Shown here piece after piece: positions 8,006 through 16,118 of a stretch of DNA of 20,000 nt (the first letter of the stretch is position 1; each line of letters starts with the position of its first letter). This DNA is from an uncultured virus (IMG/VR IMGVR_UViG_2061766007_000285). Lineage: Duplodnaviria > Heunggongvirae > Uroviricota > Caudoviricetes. The stretch lies in the IMG/VR virus record IMGVR_UViG_2061766007_000285, one strand, 5' to 3'. Made by a program: the position numbers and the translations under genes. The notes beneath the pieces were generated by a model. That model was not told where the DNA came from, searched no databases, and saw only the letters and a list, made by a program, of their open reading frames with translations.

Positions 8006-8578
8006 ATGGAAAAAGACAAATACACAATCGAGGTGCTTCCGTTGTCGCTTTTGGATGAGAATTTAGGCCAAATTGACGGACTGCCACAAAACCCAAGGGA
8101 AATCACCAAGGAAAACTTCGAGTTGCTGAAACAAAATGTCGAGGAATACCCTGAATTGCTTAATTATGAGCTTTTGAAGGTCTATCCCCTTAATGGCCGC
8201 TATGTGGTTATAGGCGGCAATATGAGGCTTCGGACTTTGCGGGATGATGGTTGTAGTGAAACGCTGTGCTATGTCCTTGACGAGGCCACCGATTCCGAGC
8301 GTTTGATGGCTTACACAATCCTTGACAACGCCTCCTTTGGTCGCTGGGATTGGGAAAAGCTGTTTAAAGATTGGGATGTTACTATGTTGCCCCAATGGGG
8401 CTTGAATCTGCCGACCTATGAGGATTCCGACTTGGACGGCCTTTTCGAGACCGAGGAAAAGGAGGATACCGACAAGCTGACGGTGGTGATTCCTGAAAGC
8501 CTTGCCGACATGAAAAAGGCCATCAAGGATGATATAGAGATATTATTAACCAATTATAAGGGTATAAAAATACAATGA
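8006..8578 (+). CDS. ParB/Srx-like N-terminal domain protein 2
   Basis: GQIDGLPQNPREI...LKVYPLNGRYVVIGGNMRLRTL...LDNASFGRWDWEKL. Confidence 0.8.
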   Translation: MEKDKYTIEVLPLSLLDENLGQIDGLPQNPREITKENFELLKQNVEEYPELLNYELLKVYPLNGRYVVIGGNMRLRTLRDDGCSETLCYVLDEATDSERLMAYTILDNASFGRWDWEKLFKDWDVTMLPQWGLNLPTYEDSDLDGLFETEEKEDTDKLTVVIPESLADMKKAIKDDIEILLTNYKGIKIQ

Positions 8579-8651
8579 AAAGAGTAGTGATTACCCACAA
8601 CGAGATAGAGGGTTTCCATTATTACCCTGATGCGCCGAAGTTCTGCGCCTA
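8575..8651 (+). CDS. dpdL: N-terminal part of a DpdL-like (QueD-paralog T-fold) protein; continues at 14935
   Basis: ATGA overlap with the ParB-like 2 stop; MKRVVITHNEIEGFHYYPDAPKFCA. The trailing TA plus the T at 14935 gives TAT (Tyr), in frame with LGNKHRHVF. Confidence 0.7.
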
Positions 8652-8661
8652 NNNNNNNNNN

Positions 8662-8949
8662 CTCGGCGTTGGCCTGCGCCCATTCAAGGTTCACGCCCTC
8701 ACGAATGGCCATCGTTACGGACGAATGTAGGCGGCGAAGCAAGGCCTCGACCTCTTTTTGCTTTTTCAGGCTTTCACCGTCAAACGAGAACATCACGCCG
8801 TCATCCAATTTCGGCATGGTCTTGTTAATGGCGAGTATGTCATTCACGGTCTGCGCAAACAACAGCCTCACTTTCTCGGCGTATGCCTCCGTCCGCTTAA
8901 TCCTTGCGGCGGTGGAGGCTTTTGGGTCGATGCCTTGTTTCTTTGCCAT
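8662..8949 (-). CDS. Phage head morphogenesis (MuF/SPP1 gp7-like) protein, N-terminal fragment
   Basis: It starts 7 bp after the portal stop and is truncated by an N-gap. The position directly after the portal and the helical N-terminus fit minor head proteins. Confidence 0.5.
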
Positions 8950-8956
8950 GATTCAC

Positions 8957-9634
8957 TTACTTTTTCTTGTTGTCGTCATCGTCATCATTGCCACCGTCAC
9001 CAAACGAGGCGGCACCGCCTTCATCACCGCCTCCAAAGATGGACTGCTGCTCCTTTTGGCGTTCCTCCTTTTCCTCGGCCAGCCTATCCAGCTCGCGCTG
9101 TGAATCCTTGACAAGCGGGTTCATTTCCACGCCCGTCTCGGTGGAGAGGATGCCAGCATCCACGGCACTGATGATGTTGTTAAGGTCATCGGCCACATCG
9201 TCACCGAAAGGCTCCTGGTATTCGTGGCCAATGGTCATTTCCTTGCATTGCCCGGCCAGCGACACATCCAGCACATTGCCGATGATGGCCGTAATCAGGG
9301 AGGCCGTCCTATCCAACAGCTCATCGTGGCTTTCCTTGCGCTTCGAAGCCTTGATGTCGGCCAGCATCATCACGGTTTTCAAAGCCTTGGCCGAAAGCTG
9401 GGAAAGGGCTTTCAGGCTATCGGTGGTGATGTTGGGGGTGAAGGACTTTTGCAGAATGTTCATCTGCAGCCACTCCATTTCTTGTTTCTTGCTTTCGGGT
9501 GCGCTGTCCCATGTCAGGTACTTTGCCGCCTTATCCACGCCGTCCTTTTCATTCGTCACCAGCATCTTGCCCTTTTCCCTCTTTTCGGGAAGATTCTTGA
9601 TGATTTCAGCCGACATGATGGAAATCGGGTCGGC
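8957..9634 (-). CDS. Phage portal protein (SPP1 Gp6-like), C-terminal fragment
   Basis: ADPISIMSAEII...AKYLTWDSAPESKKQE...SFTPNI...LSAKALK...GILSTETGVEMNPLVKD. It joins in frame with TNDYF at 10576. Confidence 0.8.
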   Translation of the reverse strand, partial: ADPISIMSAEIIKNLPEKREKGKMLVTNEKDGVDKAAKYLTWDSAPESKKQEMEWLQMNILQKSFTPNITTDSLKALSQLSAKALKTVMMLADIKASKRKESHDELLDRTASLITAIIGNVLDVSLAGQCKEMTIGHEYQEPFGDDVADDLNNIISAVDAGILSTETGVEMNPLVKDSQRELDRLAEEKEERQKEQQSIFGGGDEGGAASFGDGGNDDDDDNKKK

Positions 9635-9644
9635 NNNNNNNNNN

Positions 9645-10258
9645 GCTCGTTGTTCAGCAAGTAGTATATGTTAGGCAATTCGCGCCATTGGCCATCGTTT
9701 TTGTGCCTTCCGATCTCACGGAACAATGCCTCCCTTATATCCCTTATTTCGCTTTCGTTGTTTACGATGAATATCACATTGTCTGCCTTGCGTCCGTCCT
9801 TAATCAACTGCCTCAACGAATCTATGTTATTGTTGAATGCCGGTGCCTTGACATCCCACGTTTGGCCGTCAAAGTACGCATCGGGATAACCCCTTGGAGT
9901 ATCCTTGCCGGGCTTGAACTTCAGCAAGTCGCTGTATTTCTTTCCGTCAACGGTGATTTTGTCAATCTTTCCAGGCACATTTTCAGGAAGGCGCAAAACA
10001 CCCTTTCCGAGCGATGCAAGCAACATGCAGGCGTTCACCTCCGCCGCGATGCCTACACGGGTCATGTCGTCCTTATCCTTCAATGAGTGTTTGGCAACAT
10101 ATCCACCCGATTCATCGAAGAACTTCACCTTCAGCCATTCATCGGGCAACGCCTCATATTCTTTCCTTGCCAATTCTATTTCCTTCCCCTTTTGCAGTCT
10201 CTGCTTCGTTTGCGGCGATGAGGTGTCCATTTGGTCATGGATGTCCTTTTCGGTGACC
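9645..10258 (-). CDS. Fragment with a CdiA-CT-like PD-(D/E)xK (tRNase-type) nuclease domain, possibly the C-terminus of the MuF protein
   Basis: The frame is open between gaps. FDESGGYVAKH...AEVNACMLLASLGKGV...GYPDAYFDGQTWDVKAP...KADNVIF gives an E...PD...DxK catalytic layout. Confidence 0.55.
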
Positions 10259-10575
10259 NNNNNNNNNNNNNNNNNNNNNNNNNNNNNNNNNNNNNNNNNN
10301 NNNNNNNNNNNNNNNNNNNNNNNNNNNNNNNNNNNNNNNNNNNNNNNNNNNNNNNNNNNNNNNNNNNNNNNNNNNNNNNNNNNNNNNNNNNNNNNNNNNN
10401 NNNNNNNNNNNNNNNNNNNNNNNNNNNNNNNNNNNNNNNNNNNNNNNNNNNNNNNNNNNNNNNNNNNNNNNNNNNNNNNNNNNNNNNNNNNNNNNNNNNN
10501 NNNNNNNNNNNNNNNNNNNNNNNNNNNNNNNNNNNNNNNNNNNNNNNNNNNNNNNNNNNNNNNNNNNNNNNNNNN

Positions 10576-10863
10576 AAAGTAGTCGTTGGTGTCGGCGGTG
10601 CCTGAAGCGATGTTTTCCTCACGGTCNNNNNNNNNNAACACATCGAAGTGGTACACGGCACCCTCCTTGTCATCCTTGAGGTAATAGCCCCATGCGAAGG
10701 CAATCAGGTTCTCGTATTGGTCAAACATGGTGTAAATCTCATCGCCCTTGCTACGGGCAAGCACACGGATTTGGCAGGCCGAAGACCCGTCCTCATCCTG
10801 ATAGCACCTGAACAGCATGGCCGATTCCGTCTCTGCACCGGCCAGCCGCTTGCATTGGCGAAT
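10576..10863 (-). CDS. Phage portal protein, internal fragments (10637-10863 and 10576-10626)
   Basis: IRQCKRLAGAETESAMLFRCY...IYTMFDQYENLIAFAWGYY and DREENIASGTADTNDYF fit between the N- and C-terminal portal pieces. Confidence 0.7.
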
Positions 10864-10873
10864 NNNNNNNNNN

Positions 10874-11134
10874 GCCCTCGGCAAAGGCGGGGAAACTGCG
10901 GGAAATGATTTCGGACTTGCCGTGTTGGGGAGGCACGAAAACCATCAGGTTCTTAATCTTGCCCTCCAGCAACATCTGACAATGTTCCGCAATTACGCGG
11001 TGAAACCACTCAAGCTGGTACTTGGGATTGCTGTAGCCGAGAAAGCACGAAAAAGAGGTTGAAGCATTCAGCTTCAACTTCGCCTGCATCAATTTCATCA
11101 GCTTTTTCCGTCTTTCGGCTTCGGTCATCCTCAT
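10874..11134 (-). CDS. terL: Terminase large subunit, second copy, N-terminal fragment
   Basis: Close paralog of the start of 12454-13926, with Walker A PPQHGKSE. Cut by an N-gap. Confidence 0.85.
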
Positions 11135-11640
11135 TCCTTTTTCTCCAGCTTTTCAAGTCGTTCAATCTCGGCGTTGATTTCATCCTCGGTCATGTCCTTT
11201 TCATCGGACGACTTCAAGGCAGCGGCGATGTTTTGGCGGTTTTGGTAGTGTTCGGGGTCAAGATTGGTAATCAGGAATATTGCAGCCCCCACGTTAGGCT
11301 CGAATATCAGCCTTTTGCGCTTCATCTTGGTGATGATGGGCTTCGAATCGTCCTTTGGGTTGGGGCGGTACTCCGTCTCCGTCACCTCCTTTTCGTAACC
11401 CATCGCGGCCATCGCAAGCGTTTCGTGGAGGTTGTGGGTCAGGGTCTTCTTATAGTCGTCCTTCGCCCGCTCGATGGCGGTCTTGAACTCATCCTTTTCA
11501 ATCATCCAGCGGCGATAGGTCTTGTCGTCAATCCCCAGCACCTTGATGAAGTCCTGAAGCTGGCCACCGCCATAGTCGATAAGGCCGTGTTGCCTCACCC
11601 AATCCTCGGCCACCTTGACCAATGCAAGTGAGTATTTCAT
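11131..11640 (-). CDS. terS: Terminase small subunit, second copy
   Basis: HTH-like segment (LGIDDKTYRRW), PNVGAAIFLITN and an ATGA overlap with terL. I count 6 substitutions versus 13923-14432. Confidence 0.75.
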   Translation of the reverse strand: MKYSLALVKVAEDWVRQHGLIDYGGGQLQDFIKVLGIDDKTYRRWMIEKDEFKTAIERAKDDYKKTLTHNLHETLAMAAMGYEKEVTETEYRPNPKDDSKPIITKMKRKRLIFEPNVGAAIFLITNLDPEHYQNRQNIAAALKSSDEKDMTEDEINAEIERLEKLEKKE

Positions 11641-12071
11641 GTCTGCAAATCAATTAGTTTATAGAACTCATCGCGACACTCCTTATCGGTCTTGAAAAGG
11701 CCTTCAAGGTGTGCCACGGTCATGTTTCCGTCATTGCGCACCCCCCGCATCGTCTTGCAGAGGTGTTTTCCCTTCATCACCAAGGCCATCCCCAGCACCT
11801 TGCCGTCAAGGGCATCGGTCAGCATGGCCACGATGTCAGCGGCCAGCCGTTCCTGAAGCTGGAGCCTTGCGGCGCAGTACCCAACGACACGGGCAACCTT
11901 GGAAATGCCCAAAATGCGCCCGTCAGGGGCTGGGATGTAGGCGAAGTAGTACTTGCCGAAGAAGGGGAGGATATGATGCTCGCACATCGAATAATAGTCC
12001 CCAGCATCGAAAACGATGTCAGTCATCCCGTCCTCGTTGGCGAAGGTGGTAATCTTGGGCTTTTGGCTCGG
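11637..12071 (-). CDS. folE: GTP cyclohydrolase I, second copy, C-terminal part
   Basis: YSMCEHHILPFFG, GISKVAR, RLQLQERL and HLCKTMRGV. Confidence 0.9.
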   Translation of the reverse strand, partial: PSQKPKITTFANEDGMTDIVFDAGDYYSMCEHHILPFFGKYYFAYIPAPDGRILGISKVARVVGYCAARLQLQERLAADIVAMLTDALDGKVLGMALVMKGKHLCKTMRGVRNDGNMTVAHLEGLFKTDKECRDEFYKLIDLQT

Positions 12072-12081
12072 NNNNNNNNNN

Positions 12082-12441
12082 AAGGTAAGCCTTGAAGGCA
12101 TCATCCGTCCCCTCCGAGAGCTGCGTCCATTTCACGGGTCGCCCGTAAATGAATACCAGCGCAATCTCGTTGATGTAAACGGGATAGGGGATGGGCAGTT
12201 TCCAAGTGGGTTCAAACTTGACGAAATTCCCCTTTTTGTCGGTGATGGTTTTGTCAGGCCGCTTGGTGATTTTATGCTCGGAGGTGGTGTATTCCTTCAA
12301 AGCATCAATCACTTCGTTCACCCTTGAAGTCATTTTCTCCTTGACCGCCGTGATGTCCTTTGCGGCCAAAAGTTTCTCGAACTCCTGATTTCTGCCAATC
12401 AGGGCGTTCAGGTAATTGCGGAATAATTCAAATAATGGCAT
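12082..12441 (-). CDS. Phage portal protein, N-terminal fragment
   Basis: Starts 12 bp after the terL stop; KLPIPYPVYINEIALVFIYGRPVKW. Cut by an N-gap. Confidence 0.75.
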
Positions 12442-12453
12442 AGTATTAAGTTT

Positions 12454-13926
12454 TTAGATTACATTGATATTGTCGTAGTCTATATCGTCATCATCCTCGT
12501 AGAGGTCGTTTATGGCGTACCCGAGAATGTCCACAAATTCGTCATGCTCCAAGGCTGGGAAACCGCACACCTCATCCAAGAAGTCATCATTCCACGACCC
12601 TTCGACCAACACCACACGGCCGCACTCGATACGGGGCGAAACCACCTTCAAACGGGTTTCCTTGCTGTCGGTCGGCGGCTCGGTTTCCTTCACATTCAAG
12701 GTCGAAATGGCCTTCAACATCTGCACCACGCTCTTGCCGTTGGCCTTCGGCTCCACGTGGAGCTTGCTCTCATCATTGCCGTTTTGCGCCCTGATATATT
12801 CAGGGAGGAATCGCAATAGGTCAGGCATTTCCTTGTAAACCTTCATCGCATGGGTGATGTAAACCAGCGTCCCGATACGGCAAGCCGCAAGGATGCCCGA
12901 TGGGTCGTTGTCGGTCTTCACCTTCTTTTCCTCATAGGCCGTGTCAAGGTAGAAGTGAATCGGCTCGTTGAACCGCAACGCCTTGAAGTCGGCGGGCGTT
13001 ATCCTTCCGAACCAATCACGCTTCACGATGTTGCCGCCCTCAATCACGGGACGCTGCTGGTACAATGCCGAGAACTCACGCGGGGAACGGTTCTTTTGTT
13101 TCTCCAACTTCGCCAGCGAGTGACGGTCAGGCCAAAGCGCATCCCCAACGTGGCGATGGCTCATTCCCCCGTCATTTTCCTTTTCGCAAATGGCGGGAAT
13201 CGAAAGCACCGTCCACTCGTCAGGCTCCGTCTTCAATATGCGCCCAGCCAGGTCATCCTCATGCCAGCGGGTCATAATGAAGAGTTGCTTGGAATTGTTG
13301 TGCAAACGGGTGGTCAGTACGGTGTTGTACCAATTCCACACCCGTTCACGGTACACGGGCGAATAAGCCTCAGTCGCATCCTTCACGGGGTCGTCAATGA
13401 TGGCAATGTCCACGGGCGTACCCGTCAATGGCCCGCCCACACCAACAGCCTTGTAGAATCCCGAATGCCCCACCAACTCGAAGAAGTCCAAGTTCTTTAT
13501 GTAGGTCGTTGGGTCATCCTTGGCCTTGCGGCTCGATGCAAGGTAGGTGTCAGGGAAGATGTCCTGATATTTGGGGCTTTCGATAATCCTCTGCACGCTC
13601 CGGCTGAACTGCTCCGAAAGGTCGCTGGCATACGAACAAGCGGCAATCTTCAAGTCAGGGTCGTAACCCTCGGCAAAGGCGGGGAAACTGCGGGAAATGA
13701 TTTCGGACTTGCCATGTTGGGGAGGCATGAATACCATCAAATTCTTGATTTTGCCCTCCAACAGCTTTTGGCAAGCCTCCGCAATTACACGGTGGAACCA
13801 TTCAAGCTGGTACTTGGGATTCATGTAACCGAGAAAGCACGGGAAATCGGTTGGAGCATTCAGCTTCAACTTGGCCTGCTTCAACTTCATCAGCTTTTTC
13901 CGTCTCTCGGCTTCGGTCATCCTCAT
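12454..13926 (-). CDS. terL: Phage terminase large subunit
   Basis: Walker A MPPQHGKSE, Walker B IAIIDDP, IMTRWHEDDL, FSALYQQRP and nuclease acidic residues (YLDTA, HDEFVD). Confidence 0.95.
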   Translation of the reverse strand: MRMTEAERRKKLMKLKQAKLKLNAPTDFPCFLGYMNPKYQLEWFHRVIAEACQKLLEGKIKNLMVFMPPQHGKSEIISRSFPAFAEGYDPDLKIAACSYASDLSEQFSRSVQRIIESPKYQDIFPDTYLASSRKAKDDPTTYIKNLDFFELVGHSGFYKAVGVGGPLTGTPVDIAIIDDPVKDATEAYSPVYRERVWNWYNTVLTTRLHNNSKQLFIMTRWHEDDLAGRILKTEPDEWTVLSIPAICEKENDGGMSHRHVGDALWPDRHSLAKLEKQKNRSPREFSALYQQRPVIEGGNIVKRDWFGRITPADFKALRFNEPIHFYLDTAYEEKKVKTDNDPSGILAACRIGTLVYITHAMKVYKEMPDLLRFLPEYIRAQNGNDESKLHVEPKANGKSVVQMLKAISTLNVKETEPPTDSKETRLKVVSPRIECGRVVLVEGSWNDDFLDEVCGFPALEHDEFVDILGYAINDLYEDDDDIDYDNINVI

Positions 13927-14432
13927 TCCTTTTTCTCCAGCTTTTCAAGGCGTTCAATTTCGGCGTTGATTTCGTCCTCGGTCATTTCCCTCTCATCGGA
14001 CGACTTCAAGGCAGCGGCGATGTTTTGGCGGTTTTGGTAGTGTTCGGGGTCGAGGTTGGTAATCAGGAATATCGCCGCGCCCACGTTAGGCTCGAATATC
14101 AGCCTCTTGCGCTTCATCTTGGTGATGATGGGCTTGCTGTCATCCTTTGGGTTGGGGCGGTACTCTGTTTCCGTGACCTCCTTTTCGTAGCCTTTTGCGG
14201 CCATCGCCAGCGTTTCGTGAAGGTCGTGGGTCAGGGTCTTTTTGTAGTCATCCTTCGCCCGCTCGATTGCGGTCTTGAACTCCTCCTTTTCAATCATCCA
14301 TCGGCGGTATGTCTTATCGTCAATCCCCAGCACCTTGATAAAGTCCTGAAGCTGACCACCGCCGTAGTCGATGAGGCCGTGTTGCCTCACCCAATCCTCG
14401 GCCGTCTTGACCAATGCAAGTGAGTATTTCAT
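13923..14432 (-). CDS. terS: Phage terminase small subunit
   Basis: 169 aa, directly upstream of terL with an ATGA overlap; N-terminal HTH and C-terminal helix. Confidence 0.75.
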   Translation of the reverse strand: MKYSLALVKTAEDWVRQHGLIDYGGGQLQDFIKVLGIDDKTYRRWMIEKEEFKTAIERAKDDYKKTLTHDLHETLAMAAKGYEKEVTETEYRPNPKDDSKPIITKMKRKRLIFEPNVGAAIFLITNLDPEHYQNRQNIAAALKSSDEREMTEDEINAEIERLEKLEKKE

Positions 14433-14863
14433 TGCTGCATATCAATTAGTTTGTAGAACTCATCGCGGCACTCCTTATCGGTCTTGAAAAGGCCTTCAAG
14501 GTGCGCCACGGTCATATTTCCATCGTTGCGGACACCCCGCATCGTCTTGCAGAGGTGTTTGCCCTTCATCACCAAGGCCATCCCCAGCACCTTGCCGTCA
14601 AGGGCTTGGGTCAGCATTTCCACGATGTCGGCGGCAAGCCGTTCCTGAAGCTGCAGTCGGGCGGCGCAATAGGTCACGACACGGGCGACCTTGGAAATGC
14701 CCAAAATGCGGCCGTCAGGGGCAGGGATGTAGGCGAAGTAATACTTTCCGAAGAAGGGGAGGATATGATGCTCACACATCGAATAATAGTCCCCTGAATC
14801 GAAGACTATATCCGTCATCCCGTCCTCGTTGGCGAAGGTGGTAATCTTGGGCTTTTGGCTCGG
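14429..14863 (-). CDS. folE: GTP cyclohydrolase I, C-terminal part
   Basis: Zinc ligands in SMCEHH and HLC; ISKVAR and RLQLQERL. Its stop overlaps the terS ATG (ATGA). Confidence 0.9.
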   Translation of the reverse strand, partial: PSQKPKITTFANEDGMTDIVFDSGDYYSMCEHHILPFFGKYYFAYIPAPDGRILGISKVARVVTYCAARLQLQERLAADIVEMLTQALDGKVLGMALVMKGKHLCKTMRGVRNDGNMTVAHLEGLFKTDKECRDEFYKLIDMQQ

Positions 14864-14934
14864 NNNNNNNNNNNNNNNNNNNNNNNNNNNNNNNNNNNNN
14901 NNNNNNNNNNNNNNNNNNNNNNNNNNNNNNNNNN

Positions 14935-15187
14935 TCTCGGAAACAAGCACCGCCATGTTTTCGTGGTGAGGTGCCATTTTGAGGTTTCCCACAACGAGCG
15001 GGAAATCGAGATTATCGACCGCCAGCGCGAGATAGCCGAGAGGGTTGCAAGGCAGTTCGGAAGCCCAGCGGACTTCGGCGGCTTTTCGTGCGAGGACATC
15101 GCCGAGTGGCTGATGGTCGAGTTTGAGGATATGGTGTATTGCAAAGTCTTGGAGGATGGCTATGGAGGTGCTGCATTGTCCCGATAA
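14935..15187 (+). CDS. dpdL: DpdL-like QueD-paralog T-fold protein (candidate CDG decarboxylase), C-terminal part
   Basis: LGNKHRHVF (LxxxHRHxF in place of QueD CxxxHGH), EREIE, FSCEDIAEW and VLEDG (QueD-like TAE.IA.W and V.E equivalents). Confidence 0.7.
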
Positions 15188-16118
15188 CATCAAAATCCAC
15201 TATGCGGGAGCGGAGGTTCAGAACCAATTCGTTGCCGTGCGTGAGTTGGGCGTGAATTACGCCCTTTATACGGCTTTTCCCTTTGTGGAAAGAATGTTGT
15301 TCGGAAGCAAGGCCAAAAGCCCCATCATGGCCTTGAAAACGATGTCAGACCCGAAAATCGACATCCCCCGTGCCTGCACCTCGACCATGAAGCATTGCAT
15401 TCAGGATTCGGGGCTGTTCACCCTGATGTTCGGGTCGCAGTCGGGAAACCATGATGAGGACACCATCAACCGCTGGTATGACGCGCTTTGCGAGTTCACC
15501 ATTAACCACGGGAGCGGTGCCACCTGCGTTGAGGTGGACTGCCAAAAGGTTCTCGGGGTTCAGAAGGCGTGGGAGTTCCGCGAGAGGATGCGCCGTGACC
15601 TGCCCAATAGAATCATCAATGTTTTCCACCTTGAAGACGGGCAAAAGGGGCTTGACCGCCTCATTGAGTTCTCGGACTATATCGCCGTTTCGGTGCCTGA
15701 ATTGAGGTTCGCGGGTAAGAAGGACTACACCTACAAGGTGGCCTCCTACATCAAGAACCGCAAGCCCGAAATCGACATTCACCTGCTGGGTTGTACGGAA
15801 ATCGCCCTGCTGAAACAATGCGGGTCGTTTTGCACCTCCGCCGATTCCACTACCTATGTGAGCGGCAAAAGGTATGGGTTTGTCGGTAAGCACCATATCC
15901 GCAACATCAGGACTGAAGATGTTCGTAGGCTGGTCGGGGATGACATCTACGATGCCATCAACCAATACAACAACGAGCAGAATACCAATTTCCTTTGCCT
16001 ATCCATTGAGAGTTTCAAGCGTAAGTACCAAAACGCAGTAGGTAATCAGGACTACAGTAGAATAATAAAATATAATAATAACAATAATAATATCCTACCA
16101 AATGAGAAAGACGAATGA
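15162..16118 (+). CDS. dpdA: TGT-fold DNA deazaguanine transglycosylase (DpdA-like)
   Basis: IQDSGLFT (TGT DSGxF), CVEVD, NVFH, DYIAVS, IHLLG and SADSTTY. The gene lies among deazapurine synthesis genes and has no tRNA-TGT zinc motif. Confidence 0.75.
   Translation: MEVLHCPDNIKIHYAGAEVQNQFVAVRELGVNYALYTAFPFVERMLFGSKAKSPIMALKTMSDPKIDIPRACTSTMKHCIQDSGLFTLMFGSQSGNHDEDTINRWYDALCEFTINHGSGATCVEVDCQKVLGVQKAWEFRERMRRDLPNRIINVFHLEDGQKGLDRLIEFSDYIAVSVPELRFAGKKDYTYKVASYIKNRKPEIDIHLLGCTEIALLKQCGSFCTSADSTTYVSGKRYGFVGKHHIRNIRTEDVRRLVGDDIYDAINQYNNEQNTNFLCLSIESFKRKYQNAVGNQDYSRIIKYNNNNNNILPNEKDE

Noticed and set aside
7366..8578. ParABS partition system
   Set aside because: There is no parA and no recognisable ParB HTH domain, and the context is modification/packaging.
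9556..10884. Apparent portal-nuclease fusion, or an intein in the portal (442-aa ORF)
   Set aside because: It spans four N-gaps. The portal pieces join cleanly without the insert (TNDYF|ADPIS), and no intein terminal motifs are visible.
12850..14040. Long + strand ORF (396 aa) and similar antisense ORFs
   Set aside because: These are shadow frames of well-supported opposite-strand genes and have no recognisable motifs.
8662..14863. Genuine inversion or shufflon of the packaging module
   Set aside because: Both boundaries are N-gaps, the flanks join exactly to restore one gene, and no invertase or inverted repeats are seen.
14429..15193. FolE with a novel N-terminal extension
   Set aside because: The extension is the antisense reading of the dpdL-like gene across a gap. 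The real FolE N-terminus is at 17670-17799.
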